In this document: one piece after another, positions 36,486 to 45,758 of the stretch
Layout of the letters: the number at the start of each line of letters is the position of its first letter
Numbering within the stretch: the stretch's first letter is position 1
NCBI GenBank assembly: GCA_965261975.1
Contig: CBDHEC010000010.1
Span: 10,569-74,568, forward strand
DNA: 64,000 nt
Direction of reading: 5' to 3'
DNA from: Alphaproteobacteria bacterium
Lineage (GTDB): Bacteria > Pseudomonadota > Alphaproteobacteria > UBA6615
Program-made: the position numbers and the translations under genes
Notes under the pieces: model-generated
Seen by the model: only the letters and a program-made list of their open reading frames with translations
The model's database searches: none
What the model was told of the DNA's origin: nothing

Positions 36486-37856
36486 GTGGCAACCCAGCGT
36501 CCGATCTCCTATGCGGCCGGGCCGGGGCATACCCGGTCTTTCCGGGATTCTGCTCGGGCGTTCCGTGACGGGGCAGAGACGCCGCGCGACTATCTCGAAC
36601 GATTTATCGATCGGATCGAGAGTGCCGAAGATACGGTTCGTGCCTTCGTTACTTTGACCATCGACAGTGCACGTGTGGCGGCGGACGCCGCCACACAGCG
36701 CTACCGAGACGGAAGCCCTTTGTCGGAAATCGACGGACTGCCGCTGGGGCTCAAGGACATCATTCACACCGCCGATGTCCCTACCCAGGCCGGCAGCTCG
36801 ATCTACGAGGGCTGGATTCCGGAACGCGATTCCCCGGTCACCGCCGCGCTGAAGCGCGCCGGCGCCACCATCGTCGGTAAAACGGCGACAACCGAGTTCG
36901 CGTATGGCGCCGTCACACCGGCCACCAATCCCTATGATCCCAAGCGCACACCCGGCACCTCATCCAGCGGCTCCGCCGCCGCGGTGGGCGACGGGATGCT
37001 GCCGGCGGCGATCGGCACTCAACTAATGTCCTCGGTCATGCGACCGGCGAGTTATTGTGCCCATGTGGGTGTGAAACCGACCTATGGCGCGATCCGCCAG
37101 GACGCGATCCATCCCTTCTCACCATCTGGCGAACATGTCGGGGTCCATGCACATGCGCTGGAGGATGCCTGGCATATCCTGAAAATTCTGGCCACGGAGG
37201 CGGGGCCCGTCCCGGGCTCGCGCGGCCTCACCGGGCCGGCGGAGCTCCCCGCGAAACGTGCCCCCAAACGGCTGATGCGCATGTACACGCCCGGCTGGGA
37301 GTTAGCCGAGCCGGAAGTGCGCGCTGCCCTTGAGGACGCACTGGCCAGATTGTCGGATGCCGGCGTCGACATCGTCGAGCCCGGCAGTGCGCCCGCACTG
37401 CAGGCCGTCGAGGACGATTTCGCACGTGCCGACGCGTGCATCGCCGAAGTTGCGGCCTTCGAGATGCGGTGGCCGTTTTTCGAGTATGAGCGTGAAGGAC
37501 ACCGGTTCCATGCGAGGATTGTGCGCCTGCTGGAACGCGCCCACGAGATCACGCTCGACGACTACAACGCCGCCCTCGACTGGAAGAACGCGTTCCGGGA
37601 GCGATACATGGCAAGCGCACAGGACATCGACGGGGTTATCGGCCTGACGGCCCCCGAAGTGGCACCGCTGGGGCTCGAGAATCTCGGCAATCCCCTTATG
37701 TGTTCGCCGGCGTCGTGCATGGGAGCCCCGGCGATTACGTTGCCCGCATTGTCTGCGGACGGGCTGCCGCTCGGCCTGCAACTGATTGGCTATCACAACG
37801 AGGATGCAGATCTCTTCGCGATGGCCAACTGGATCGACGATGCCCTTTCGCGCTAG
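36486..37856 (+). CDS. Amidase signature family amidase (second copy)
   Basis: GTG start 8 nt after arsC; AS motif GTSSSGSAAAVGDG and catalytic K/S context (GLKDIIHT...). Confidence 0.8.
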   Translation: MATQRPISYAAGPGHTRSFRDSARAFRDGAETPRDYLERFIDRIESAEDTVRAFVTLTIDSARVAADAATQRYRDGSPLSEIDGLPLGLKDIIHTADVPTQAGSSIYEGWIPERDSPVTAALKRAGATIVGKTATTEFAYGAVTPATNPYDPKRTPGTSSSGSAAAVGDGMLPAAIGTQLMSSVMRPASYCAHVGVKPTYGAIRQDAIHPFSPSGEHVGVHAHALEDAWHILKILATEAGPVPGSRGLTGPAELPAKRAPKRLMRMYTPGWELAEPEVRAALEDALARLSDAGVDIVEPGSAPALQAVEDDFARADACIAEVAAFEMRWPFFEYEREGHRFHARIVRLLERAHEITLDDYNAALDWKNAFRERYMASAQDIDGVIGLTAPEVAPLGLENLGNPLMCSPASCMGAPAITLPALSADGLPLGLQLIGYHNEDADLFAMANWIDDALSR

Positions 37857-37871
37857 GTCGAGGTCCGGTCG

Positions 37872-38846
37872 ATGAGAATCTGTATCGTTGGCGCCGGCGC
37901 GATCGGCGGTATTCTGGCCGCCCGGCTTGCGCAAGCCGGGCATGACGTCACGGCCATCGCGCGCGGTGCGCACCTGCAGGCCATGCAGGCAAATGGCCTC
38001 ACCCTCAAATGGGCAGATGAGCAATTCACGGTCGACATAAACGCCACTGCCGAACCCGCCGACCTGGAGCCCCAGGATTATGTCATCCTGACACTCAAGG
38101 CACCCGCCCTTCCCGGTATCGCCACCTCGCTGGCCCCTCTCCTCGGACCGGAAACGGTCATTGTCACGGCAATGAACGGGGTTCCGTGGTGGTTTTGCCA
38201 GGCGCTTTCAGGGCCGCTGGCGGGCCGCTCACTGTCGTCCACCGACCCGAACGGAATCCTGGAGGAGACGCTGACCCGGGAACCCCTGCTCGGATGCGTG
38301 GTGCACGCCGGCGCCTCGCTCCCGGAACCGGGGGTGGTGGACCATGCCGCCGGCGATCTTTTTCTTGTCGGCGACGCCAGCCGTCGCATGACGGCATCGG
38401 CCGCCGCGTTGGCCGATGCGATCTCCGGTGCAAGGCTCGACGGACGCGCCACCGACGACATTCACAGCGAAATCTGGATGAAGTTGATCGGCAATATGGG
38501 CATGGGGCCAATTTGCGCACTCACCGGGGCAACCCTCGCGGGCCTCGCGGGTGACGCGGATGTCCGGCCGATCGCGGCGGCAATGATGCAGGAAGCCTCC
38601 GATGTCGGTGAAGCCCTCGGCCTGCCGATGAACACGAGCGTGGAGGCAAGGATCGACCGCGGCGCCGAGCTGGGCGAGTTCAAACCCTCCATCCTCCAGG
38701 ACCTCGAACGCGGACGGCCAATGGAAATCGATACGATGGTGACCGTTGTTTCGGAGATGGGTGAAATCGCGGACATTCCCACGCCAAACATCGACACGGT
38801 CCTCGCCCTGCTGCGCGGGCGCGCACGACGCGCCGGCCTCTACTGA
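37872..38846 (+). CDS. 2-dehydropantoate 2-reductase (PanE/ApbA family ketopantoate reductase-like)
   Basis: MRICIVGAGAIGGILAARL Rossmann start, ApbA C-terminal domain. Confidence 0.8.
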   Translation: MRICIVGAGAIGGILAARLAQAGHDVTAIARGAHLQAMQANGLTLKWADEQFTVDINATAEPADLEPQDYVILTLKAPALPGIATSLAPLLGPETVIVTAMNGVPWWFCQALSGPLAGRSLSSTDPNGILEETLTREPLLGCVVHAGASLPEPGVVDHAAGDLFLVGDASRRMTASAAALADAISGARLDGRATDDIHSEIWMKLIGNMGMGPICALTGATLAGLAGDADVRPIAAAMMQEASDVGEALGLPMNTSVEARIDRGAELGEFKPSILQDLERGRPMEIDTMVTVVSEMGEIADIPTPNIDTVLALLRGRARRAGLY

Positions 38847-38854
38847 TCACGCGC

Positions 38855-40048
38855 ATGGTGCTGCGTAGATCCTCCCTCGCGGTCCTGTTCGCGATGATGT
38901 TCTCGAGCCAGCTTGCGCTGACGATATTCCTGCCCGCCGTACCGGACATCGCGCGGGACCTGGAGACCACGCTCGGCCGCACCCAGCTGATTATCCCGGC
39001 CTATCTGATTGCTTTCGCCTTCATGCAGCTCATCGTCGGCCCGCTTTCCGACCGTTTCGGGCGACGACCGGTCATCATGGGCGGGGTCGCGCTCTTCATG
39101 CTGGCCAGCCTTGCCTGTGCATTCGCGACGGATATCTGGCAGCTACTCGGCGCGCGGTTCTTCCAGGCGGCGGGCGCATGCGCCTCCATCGTCGTCGGCC
39201 GTGCGACGGTCCGCGATACGAATGAAGGCAAGGCAACCGCGCAGGCCATGTCCTATGTGGCGATCTCACTGGGGGTCGGGCCGGCGATCGCGCCACTGAT
39301 CGGTGCGGAGCTCGTGGAAACCTTCAACTGGCGCGCGACATTTCTGGCCACCGCGCTGGCAAGCGGTCTTTCTCTCCTCGTGGCGATCCCCATATTGCGC
39401 GAGACCCTTCCCGAGACCGCCCGGGAACGCATCGATATCGTCCAGCTCTTCCGCGGCTATCTGGCATTGTTCAGGCGCGCCGGTTTCATGGGCTACAGCC
39501 TGACCATCTCTTTCCAGAGCGCGATCTTCCAGGTCTTCATGACCGCGGCGCCGATCGTGCTGATCATTCAACTCGGCGTGACACCGAAACTGTTCGGCCT
39601 GTATCTGATGATCATACCCATCGCCTTCATCACCGGTAGCTACGTATCGGGAAGGCTGGTTCGGATCCTGCCGGTCGATCTGATCGTCGGCGCCGGGAGC
39701 AGCCTGGGTGTCCTGGGAGGCCTGATGCAGGTCGGTCTGGCCCTGTCGGGTCAGGCGACGCCGGACCTGATCATCGCGGCCATTTTGGTCTCGAACTTCG
39801 GCACTGGCCTCGTGTTGGCGAACTGCTACGCCCAGGCGCTGAACACGGTACCGCCATCCTTCGCCGGTGCGGCGTCGGCGATGGGCGGCTTCCTGCATAT
39901 GGGCTGGGCGTTCGTCATGTCCCTGATCGTGGCACACCTGCCCCACACCCTGTCCCTGCAAATGGGGATGGCACAACTGGCCACGACCCTCTTGAGCCTG
40001 ACCGTGTTCCTGCTGGTCGTCAGGGCCTACGCACGTCGCGGCGGATAG
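38855..40048 (+). CDS. MFS transporter, Bcr/CflA drug-resistance subfamily
   Basis: 397 aa, 12 TM; motif LSDRFGRRPV typical of Bcr/CflA efflux pumps. Confidence 0.8.
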   Translation: MVLRRSSLAVLFAMMFSSQLALTIFLPAVPDIARDLETTLGRTQLIIPAYLIAFAFMQLIVGPLSDRFGRRPVIMGGVALFMLASLACAFATDIWQLLGARFFQAAGACASIVVGRATVRDTNEGKATAQAMSYVAISLGVGPAIAPLIGAELVETFNWRATFLATALASGLSLLVAIPILRETLPETARERIDIVQLFRGYLALFRRAGFMGYSLTISFQSAIFQVFMTAAPIVLIIQLGVTPKLFGLYLMIIPIAFITGSYVSGRLVRILPVDLIVGAGSSLGVLGGLMQVGLALSGQATPDLIIAAILVSNFGTGLVLANCYAQALNTVPPSFAGAASAMGGFLHMGWAFVMSLIVAHLPHTLSLQMGMAQLATTLLSLTVFLLVVRAYARRGG

Positions 40049-40070
40049 CGCCTGGCGCATTCACCCCGGG

Positions 40071-40499
40071 TCAAACTTGTGCCGTCAGGCCCGCAGCCTC
40101 GATACCCGCCACCGCGCAGGCCTCGTCATTGTCCGAACTGTCGCCGGTCACGCCGACCGCACCCGCAACATTGCCGTCCGCATCGCGGATCAACACGCCG
40201 CCGGCCACCGGAATCACCCGGCCGCCCGACGCAACGGCGACCGCGTTGCCGAAATGCTCGCGGGTCAGGAAATCCGTCTCGTTGGCGCGCGACGAACGGC
40301 CGATCGCCAGCCCGCCCCATGCCTTGCCGAAGGCGATCTCGAACCGCATGATTCCGCTCTTGTCCTCGCGCTGCATGGCAACAGGATGTCCGCCGTCGTC
40401 GAGCACCACGATGGTCAGCGGGCCGATATCCAGTTCCCGTCCCTTGGCCTGGCCGGCCGCAATGATCGTGTTCGCCTGTTCCAGTGTCACCTTCGCCAT
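40071..40499 (-). CDS. GlcG/HbpS-like heme-binding protein (DUF336)
   Basis: 142 aa from ATG 40499 (MAKVTLEQANTIIAAGQAKGRELDIGPLTIVVLDDGGHPV...) characteristic DUF336 pattern. Confidence 0.7.
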   Translation of the reverse strand: MAKVTLEQANTIIAAGQAKGRELDIGPLTIVVLDDGGHPVAMQREDKSGIMRFEIAFGKAWGGLAIGRSSRANETDFLTREHFGNAVAVASGGRVIPVAGGVLIRDADGNVAGAVGVTGDSSDNDEACAVAGIEAAGLTAQV

Positions 40500-40607
40500 A
40501 GTCTTGCTCCCCAACGGAATGTTCGTGTTCAGAATGTTGGGCGCAGACTAACCGCCGGTCCCGCTGAAAACCAGTGTGGAACCGGGGGATATTTTGGCAT
40601 TCAGGCC

Positions 40608-41645
40608 CTATTCGGCAGCTTCGGATTTTCCTTTCTGGTGGGTGTATGTGCTGGCCAGATAGTCGGCAAAGAAATCGCCATAGCGGATCGGTTCATAGCG
40701 AGCGGGGTTGTCGGGACCGACGCATCCCTCGACTGGATCGATGACGTCATCGAGATCGGGGTTGAAGAAGAAAGCCAGCGAGTACCGGTCCTCAGTCGTC
40801 GCTGTGGTCACGCGATGAGGTGTCGCGACAAAGCGATCATTCGACCAACGCCGTAGCATATTGCCCGAATTCACGATCACGCCCTGCGCCATCGGCGGAT
40901 GGTCGATCCATTCTTCATCGGGGGTCTTGATCTGAAGTCCCGGCTGGTTGCTCTGCGGCAGCATGGTGATGAAACCGGCATCCGTATGAGACGAGGCACC
41001 GAACTGATCATCGCGAAGCGCACCAACTGCAGGATACTTGACCATCCGGACCACGATTGTCGGATCCTTGAAATAGCCATCGAAAAAATCATCGGGCATA
41101 TCCATCGCGCGCGCGTAGACCGGAAGCATCCGATAACCGAGCTCAGACATCATGGCGTGATAAGCCAACTGCGATTCCCGGAATCCCGGTGCGTGGGCCT
41201 CTTCGGGCCATTGGTTGAGCCCGCGAAAACGCTCGCCGGACAGGACCTTGGGGTCGTCGGGTGAGCGTTCCTGATAATAGGTCAGGTTCTCCGAGGCGTC
41301 GCGTTTCAGCCCTTTCGTGCTGTCGACCGCATGGGCTTCATTGAAGGTGAAGTTCATCGGGACATAGCCGATCTGATGCTCGTTGACCCGCATCTCCAAT
41401 TTTTCTTCCAGCGGCAGATCATGAAATTGCCGTGCACCGGCAAAACCATTTTCGATCACCGACCAGTCAAGCCCGTGATTGACCCACATCATGAACCCGA
41501 CCCGCTCCAGCGCATCACGCACCTGGGCCGCCAGGGTATCCAGCGCGCCCGCTTCGCCGGCGAGATAGGGGCCGACATCCAGAATGGGAAATTCGTCTTC
41601 GGTGGCTACACGGTAGGGGCGCTCGGTGGATGGTGTCGTGGTCAT
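40608..41645 (-). CDS. Isopenicillin-N-synthase-like Fe(II)/2-oxoglutarate-dependent oxygenase
   Basis: DIOX_N-type N-terminus (FPILDVGPYL...) and HxD...H/RxS core (HTDAGFITML...HRV); start at ATG 41645. Confidence 0.8.
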   Translation of the reverse strand: MTTTPSTERPYRVATEDEFPILDVGPYLAGEAGALDTLAAQVRDALERVGFMMWVNHGLDWSVIENGFAGARQFHDLPLEEKLEMRVNEHQIGYVPMNFTFNEAHAVDSTKGLKRDASENLTYYQERSPDDPKVLSGERFRGLNQWPEEAHAPGFRESQLAYHAMMSELGYRMLPVYARAMDMPDDFFDGYFKDPTIVVRMVKYPAVGALRDDQFGASSHTDAGFITMLPQSNQPGLQIKTPDEEWIDHPPMAQGVIVNSGNMLRRWSNDRFVATPHRVTTATTEDRYSLAFFFNPDLDDVIDPVEGCVGPDNPARYEPIRYGDFFADYLASTYTHQKGKSEAAE

Positions 41646-41846
41646 GGTGAAACTCCTGCTGGCGGTTCGGCGCGGGACGGAAAGTTTCGCGAAGCCTTTC
41701 CCATTGCCGACAGATCGACAAGTTTTGGAAATGGCCCGTCTCACCGGCTAAGACTCGTACCAGACCAACCTGAAGTCGGTGCGCGACTGTGCCAAAGGGA
41801 ACAATGGTAACGTCACCCCGATAAACCCGAGGCGGAGGAGAAGTGA

Positions 41847-42743
41847 ATGAGCAAGACAGTCGGAGTTGTGGGACTAGGCGCGATGGGATCCGCCATGGCG
41901 ATCATGCTCGTAAAGGGCGGCTTCGAGGTTGTCGGATTCGATGTCCGTGACGCCGCGCTCGATGAGCTCGAGGAAAATGGAGGCCGCCGGGCCGAGAGCC
42001 CGCGCGACGTGGCGGAACAAGCCGATGTGGTCCTCCTGTCGCTGCCGACGATCGAGGCGTTCCAGGCGGTGATATCGGGTCAGGGCAGCGTCACCTCGGC
42101 GGGGCGCGAAGGCCTTGTCCTGATTGACACTTGCACCCTCCCGATCGAGGTGAAGGCCGAAGGCGCACGGATCGCCGCAGATTCCGGCATGACGCTGATC
42201 GACGGCACCGTGAGCGGCAACCGGGACATGATCCTCGCCAAGACCCTCACCGCCTATATGAGCGGCGATCAGGCCGCCTACGAGGCCAATACGGATATTC
42301 TCTCGGCTTTCACACGGAAGCACAGCTTCGTCGGCACGTTTGGCAACGCGAGCAAGATCAAGTTCGTGATCAACCACCTGGTATGCGTGATGACGGCGGC
42401 AAACGCCGAAGCGATGGCGATGGGTCTCAAGGCCGGGCTGCAGGCGGAAGATGTGTTCGACCTGGTGAAGGACAGCGCGGCAAACTCGGTCCTCTGGGAA
42501 ATTCGAGGCCCGATGATGGTCAGCGAGGACTACACCAGCTCGCGCGGGAATTTCGGCATGGCGTCCAAGGACGGGCCGGTCATCGGTGCCTTTGCACAGG
42601 AGATGAACTACCCTGCACCCCTGTTTCAAACCGCGCTGCAGATGCACCAGGCCGCCGTCGGATTGGGCATGTACGACATCGATACGGCGGCATTGTGCAA
42701 GATGTATGAGACACTTTCCGGCACCGAACGCGAGACGAGTTGA
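41847..42743 (+). CDS. NAD(P)-dependent oxidoreductase of the 3-hydroxyisobutyrate/6-phosphogluconate dehydrogenase family
   Basis: GVVGLGAMGSAMA Rossmann motif; HIBADH-like C-terminal helical domain; RBS GGAGGAGAAG. Confidence 0.8.
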   Translation: MSKTVGVVGLGAMGSAMAIMLVKGGFEVVGFDVRDAALDELEENGGRRAESPRDVAEQADVVLLSLPTIEAFQAVISGQGSVTSAGREGLVLIDTCTLPIEVKAEGARIAADSGMTLIDGTVSGNRDMILAKTLTAYMSGDQAAYEANTDILSAFTRKHSFVGTFGNASKIKFVINHLVCVMTAANAEAMAMGLKAGLQAEDVFDLVKDSAANSVLWEIRGPMMVSEDYTSSRGNFGMASKDGPVIGAFAQEMNYPAPLFQTALQMHQAAVGLGMYDIDTAALCKMYETLSGTERETS

Positions 42744-42763
42744 ACGCTTCCAGGGGAATTCAG

Positions 42764-43633
42764 ATGGGCGACATTGTGTATCTCGACTATGACGCGGACA
42801 CGCTGTTCGCCGAATACAACAATCGTGGAAAAGTACCGGACTATGAGGCGTTCATCGCCGATTTCGAGACACGCAGCGATCAGCTTCGTGCCGACGCGAC
42901 CAACGGACGGATCGACCTCACCTACGGCGACGGACCTCGGGACCGCTTCGATTTATTCCTGCCGGATATCCCAAACCCGCCGCTTCATGTGTTCATCCAT
43001 GGCGGTTACTGGCAATGGAACGACAAGGAGAGCTACGCATTCCTGGCCCGGCCCTTCCTTGACGCGGGTATCGCCTTCGCCAGCCTTGAATACTCGCTTT
43101 GCCCCGACGTCACGCTTGCCGAACTGGTCGACCAGGTGAGGCGGGGGATCGCGCATATCTGGAAGAACGGCTCCGCGCTCGGTTATGACCGGGACAGGAT
43201 TCAGGTCAGCGGCCATTCGGCTGGCGGGCATCTCGCCGGCGTGGCGCTCACCACCGACTGGTCGGCATTTGATGGCGCCCTGCCAGCAGATGTCGTGAAA
43301 AGCGCGATGCCGATCAGCGGCATTTTCGATCTTGAGCCGATCCGTCACACGCCGATCGGCGATCCGTTGGGCCTCGACGCGGTCAGTGCCGCGGCTCTCA
43401 GCCCGATGTTCGCGCTGCCTCGCACCAAGGCAAACACGGTCGTCGCACTCGGCTCTCACGAGGGCCGCGAGTTCCACCGCCAGGCTGAGGCATTCGCCGT
43501 TAACTGCCGTAACCACGGCACCAACGCCACGATCGCAAGCGTGCATGGCGCCAATCATTTCAGCGTGCTTGAGGCTCTGGCGACCGGCGACGGCCAGTTG
43601 TTCGGTCTGGCGCGCGAAATGCTGTCGAAATAG
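42764..43633 (+). CDS. Alpha/beta hydrolase, arylformamidase (AFMID/KFase)-like
   Basis: HGGYW oxyanion motif, GHSAGGHL nucleophile elbow; start ATG 42764 with RBS AGGGGAA. Confidence 0.7.
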   Translation: MGDIVYLDYDADTLFAEYNNRGKVPDYEAFIADFETRSDQLRADATNGRIDLTYGDGPRDRFDLFLPDIPNPPLHVFIHGGYWQWNDKESYAFLARPFLDAGIAFASLEYSLCPDVTLAELVDQVRRGIAHIWKNGSALGYDRDRIQVSGHSAGGHLAGVALTTDWSAFDGALPADVVKSAMPISGIFDLEPIRHTPIGDPLGLDAVSAAALSPMFALPRTKANTVVALGSHEGREFHRQAEAFAVNCRNHGTNATIASVHGANHFSVLEALATGDGQLFGLAREMLSK

Positions 43634-43686
43634 GCGCGACTTCGCTTGTCGCGACGCGGCGGCCGGGGTCAAAATCCCGATCCTTC

Positions 43687-44673
43687 ATGACTGAACACAA
43701 ACTGGTTCCGGGCGTGGTTCCCACAACCGAAAATCCCAACACCGAACGGGCCGATGCCTGGCAGCGCGTTTCCGTGGTCGCCGTCACCCACCACAGCCGC
43801 GCGGTCATCGAAAATTGCCTGGCCGGTATTGGTGACGGGGCAGAGGTTATCGTTGTCGACAATGCCAGCGACGACGGCACACCGGAACTGGTGCGTCGCA
43901 TGTTGCCGCATGCCGACATTGAAGAAAACGCCATCGGTGTCGGCTACGGCGCCGGCGCCAACCAGGGCCTCGCAAAGGTCACACGCGAGTTCGCACTGCT
44001 CGCCAATCCCGATTCGAAGGTCGACACCGCAGCGCTGGAACGGCTGCTCGATGCCGCCGATACCTATCCGGACGCCGCACTTCTCGCGCCGTGCGTGTTC
44101 GACGATTCGGGCTTGTATGAACCGGCGCACGATGCCGAATTGTTCCAACGCCATTTGCTGCCGTCGCGCACAGGCGAAGCGCCCCCCGACGGACCATGCT
44201 GTGCTGAGTATCTTTCAGGCGCCGTGGTTTTGCTCCGCATGGCGTCATTCCATAACATCGGACCATTCGACGACGCCATCTTTCTGTATTACGAAGACGA
44301 TGATTTCTGTATGCGCATTCGACAGAAGGGGTTCAGCGCCATTCTGGTGCCGGGCGCACTGGTTAATCACGGCGGTGGTGGCTCGGTACGCCCAAGCGCG
44401 CATTACCGATGGGAGAAGTATTGGCACATGGCCTGGTCACGGCTTTATCTTGAGCAGAAGTATCATGGCGGGGCGGCATGCGCCGCGGTCGCCTGGCCGA
44501 ACCTGCTTCGCTACACATTGAAAACGCTCGGGAACACGCTGACGCTCCGCCGCGCGCAGGCATGGCGTGACCTGGCCCGTCTGTTCGGGACAGCCGGATA
44601 TCTGCTCCACATCCCGGCATCGCGAACGGTAAGCCGCGCCAGGCCTTCCCAGCCCGATACAGAGAACCGATGA
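43687..44673 (+). CDS. Glycosyltransferase family 2
   Basis: VVAVTHHS...VIVVDNASDDGT...YYEDDDFCMR (DxD and ED motifs of GT2/rhamnosyltransferase-like enzymes). Confidence 0.8.
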   Translation: MTEHKLVPGVVPTTENPNTERADAWQRVSVVAVTHHSRAVIENCLAGIGDGAEVIVVDNASDDGTPELVRRMLPHADIEENAIGVGYGAGANQGLAKVTREFALLANPDSKVDTAALERLLDAADTYPDAALLAPCVFDDSGLYEPAHDAELFQRHLLPSRTGEAPPDGPCCAEYLSGAVVLLRMASFHNIGPFDDAIFLYYEDDDFCMRIRQKGFSAILVPGALVNHGGGGSVRPSAHYRWEKYWHMAWSRLYLEQKYHGGAACAAVAWPNLLRYTLKTLGNTLTLRRAQAWRDLARLFGTAGYLLHIPASRTVSRARPSQPDTENR

Positions 44674-45758
44674 GCAATCCCGATCAGGAATTCTGGCGCG
44701 GACGACGCGTCCTCGTGACAGGCCATACCGGCTTCAAGGGCGCATGGCTGAGCGCATGGCTGGAAATGCTGGGTGCGGAAGTGCACGGGTTTGCCCTTGC
44801 TCCGGAACCAGGCGCAAACCTGTTTCGTGATCTGGGTGACTGGACTTATCTCACCTCCATGACCGGCGATATCCGCGATCGGGAAGCCGTGGAAATCGCC
44901 TGCGCGGCCGCCAACCCGGACATCGTCATTCACCTTGCCGCACAGTCGTTGGTACGCCGCGCCCACCGGGATCCGTTGGGCACATACGCCACCAACGTCC
45001 AGGGAACCGGAAATCTGCTGGAGAAGCTCGATGCCTGCACCGGGCTACGCGCGATCCTGGTCGTCACCAGCGACAAGTGTTACCGCAACGACAACAGCGG
45101 GCGCCCGTTCGTGGAATCCGACCCGCTGGGCGGCAGCGAACCCTACAGCGCCTCGAAGGCGGCGCAGGAAACGCTGAGTGCCGGCTGGCGCAAGGGAATC
45201 CTCGAGAACCGCGACCGCGCACCGCGCCTCGCCACCGCGCGGGCCGGCAATGTCATTGGTGGCGGCGATTGGTCGGAGGACCGAATACTGCCCGACCTCT
45301 TCCGGGCCATCGACGCCGGTCAGGCGCTCGAGGTTCGCAACCCGGATGCAACGCGCCCCTGGCAACATGTCCTCGATGTGCTGGCGGGTTACATGCGTTA
45401 CGTCGAGGCCATGGTCCGCAACGAAGATGCGACGCTGCCCAGCGCCCTCAATTTCGGACCCGATACAGAGACAGCACAGCCCGTGCGCTGGGTTCTGGAA
45501 CAGGTGATCGAAACGGCGCGCACCGAGGGTGTTCAGGTGGAAGACTGGCAGCACACGCCGCAGGACGGGCCGGTGGAGGCCAGGAACCTGGCGCTCGACG
45601 CGTCGCTCTCGGCGGCCACATTGGATTGGCACCCACATTTGTCCCAGGCGGATGCCGCCGAGTGGACGGCGCGCTGGCACGCGCAAGCCCTGCAGGGCAA
45701 ATCGCCGCGCGACCTCGTCGAAGGGCAAATCAGCGCCTATCAGGAACTGGCGACATGA
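44670..45758 (+). CDS. rfbG: CDP-glucose 4,6-dehydratase
   Basis: FWRGRRVLVTGHTGFKGAWLSAWLEMLGAEVHGFAL...GDIRD and YSASKAA catalytic YxxxK; ATGA overlaps with neighbours on both sides. Confidence 0.85.
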   Translation: MSNPDQEFWRGRRVLVTGHTGFKGAWLSAWLEMLGAEVHGFALAPEPGANLFRDLGDWTYLTSMTGDIRDREAVEIACAAANPDIVIHLAAQSLVRRAHRDPLGTYATNVQGTGNLLEKLDACTGLRAILVVTSDKCYRNDNSGRPFVESDPLGGSEPYSASKAAQETLSAGWRKGILENRDRAPRLATARAGNVIGGGDWSEDRILPDLFRAIDAGQALEVRNPDATRPWQHVLDVLAGYMRYVEAMVRNEDATLPSALNFGPDTETAQPVRWVLEQVIETARTEGVQVEDWQHTPQDGPVEARNLALDASLSAATLDWHPHLSQADAAEWTARWHAQALQGKSPRDLVEGQISAYQELAT

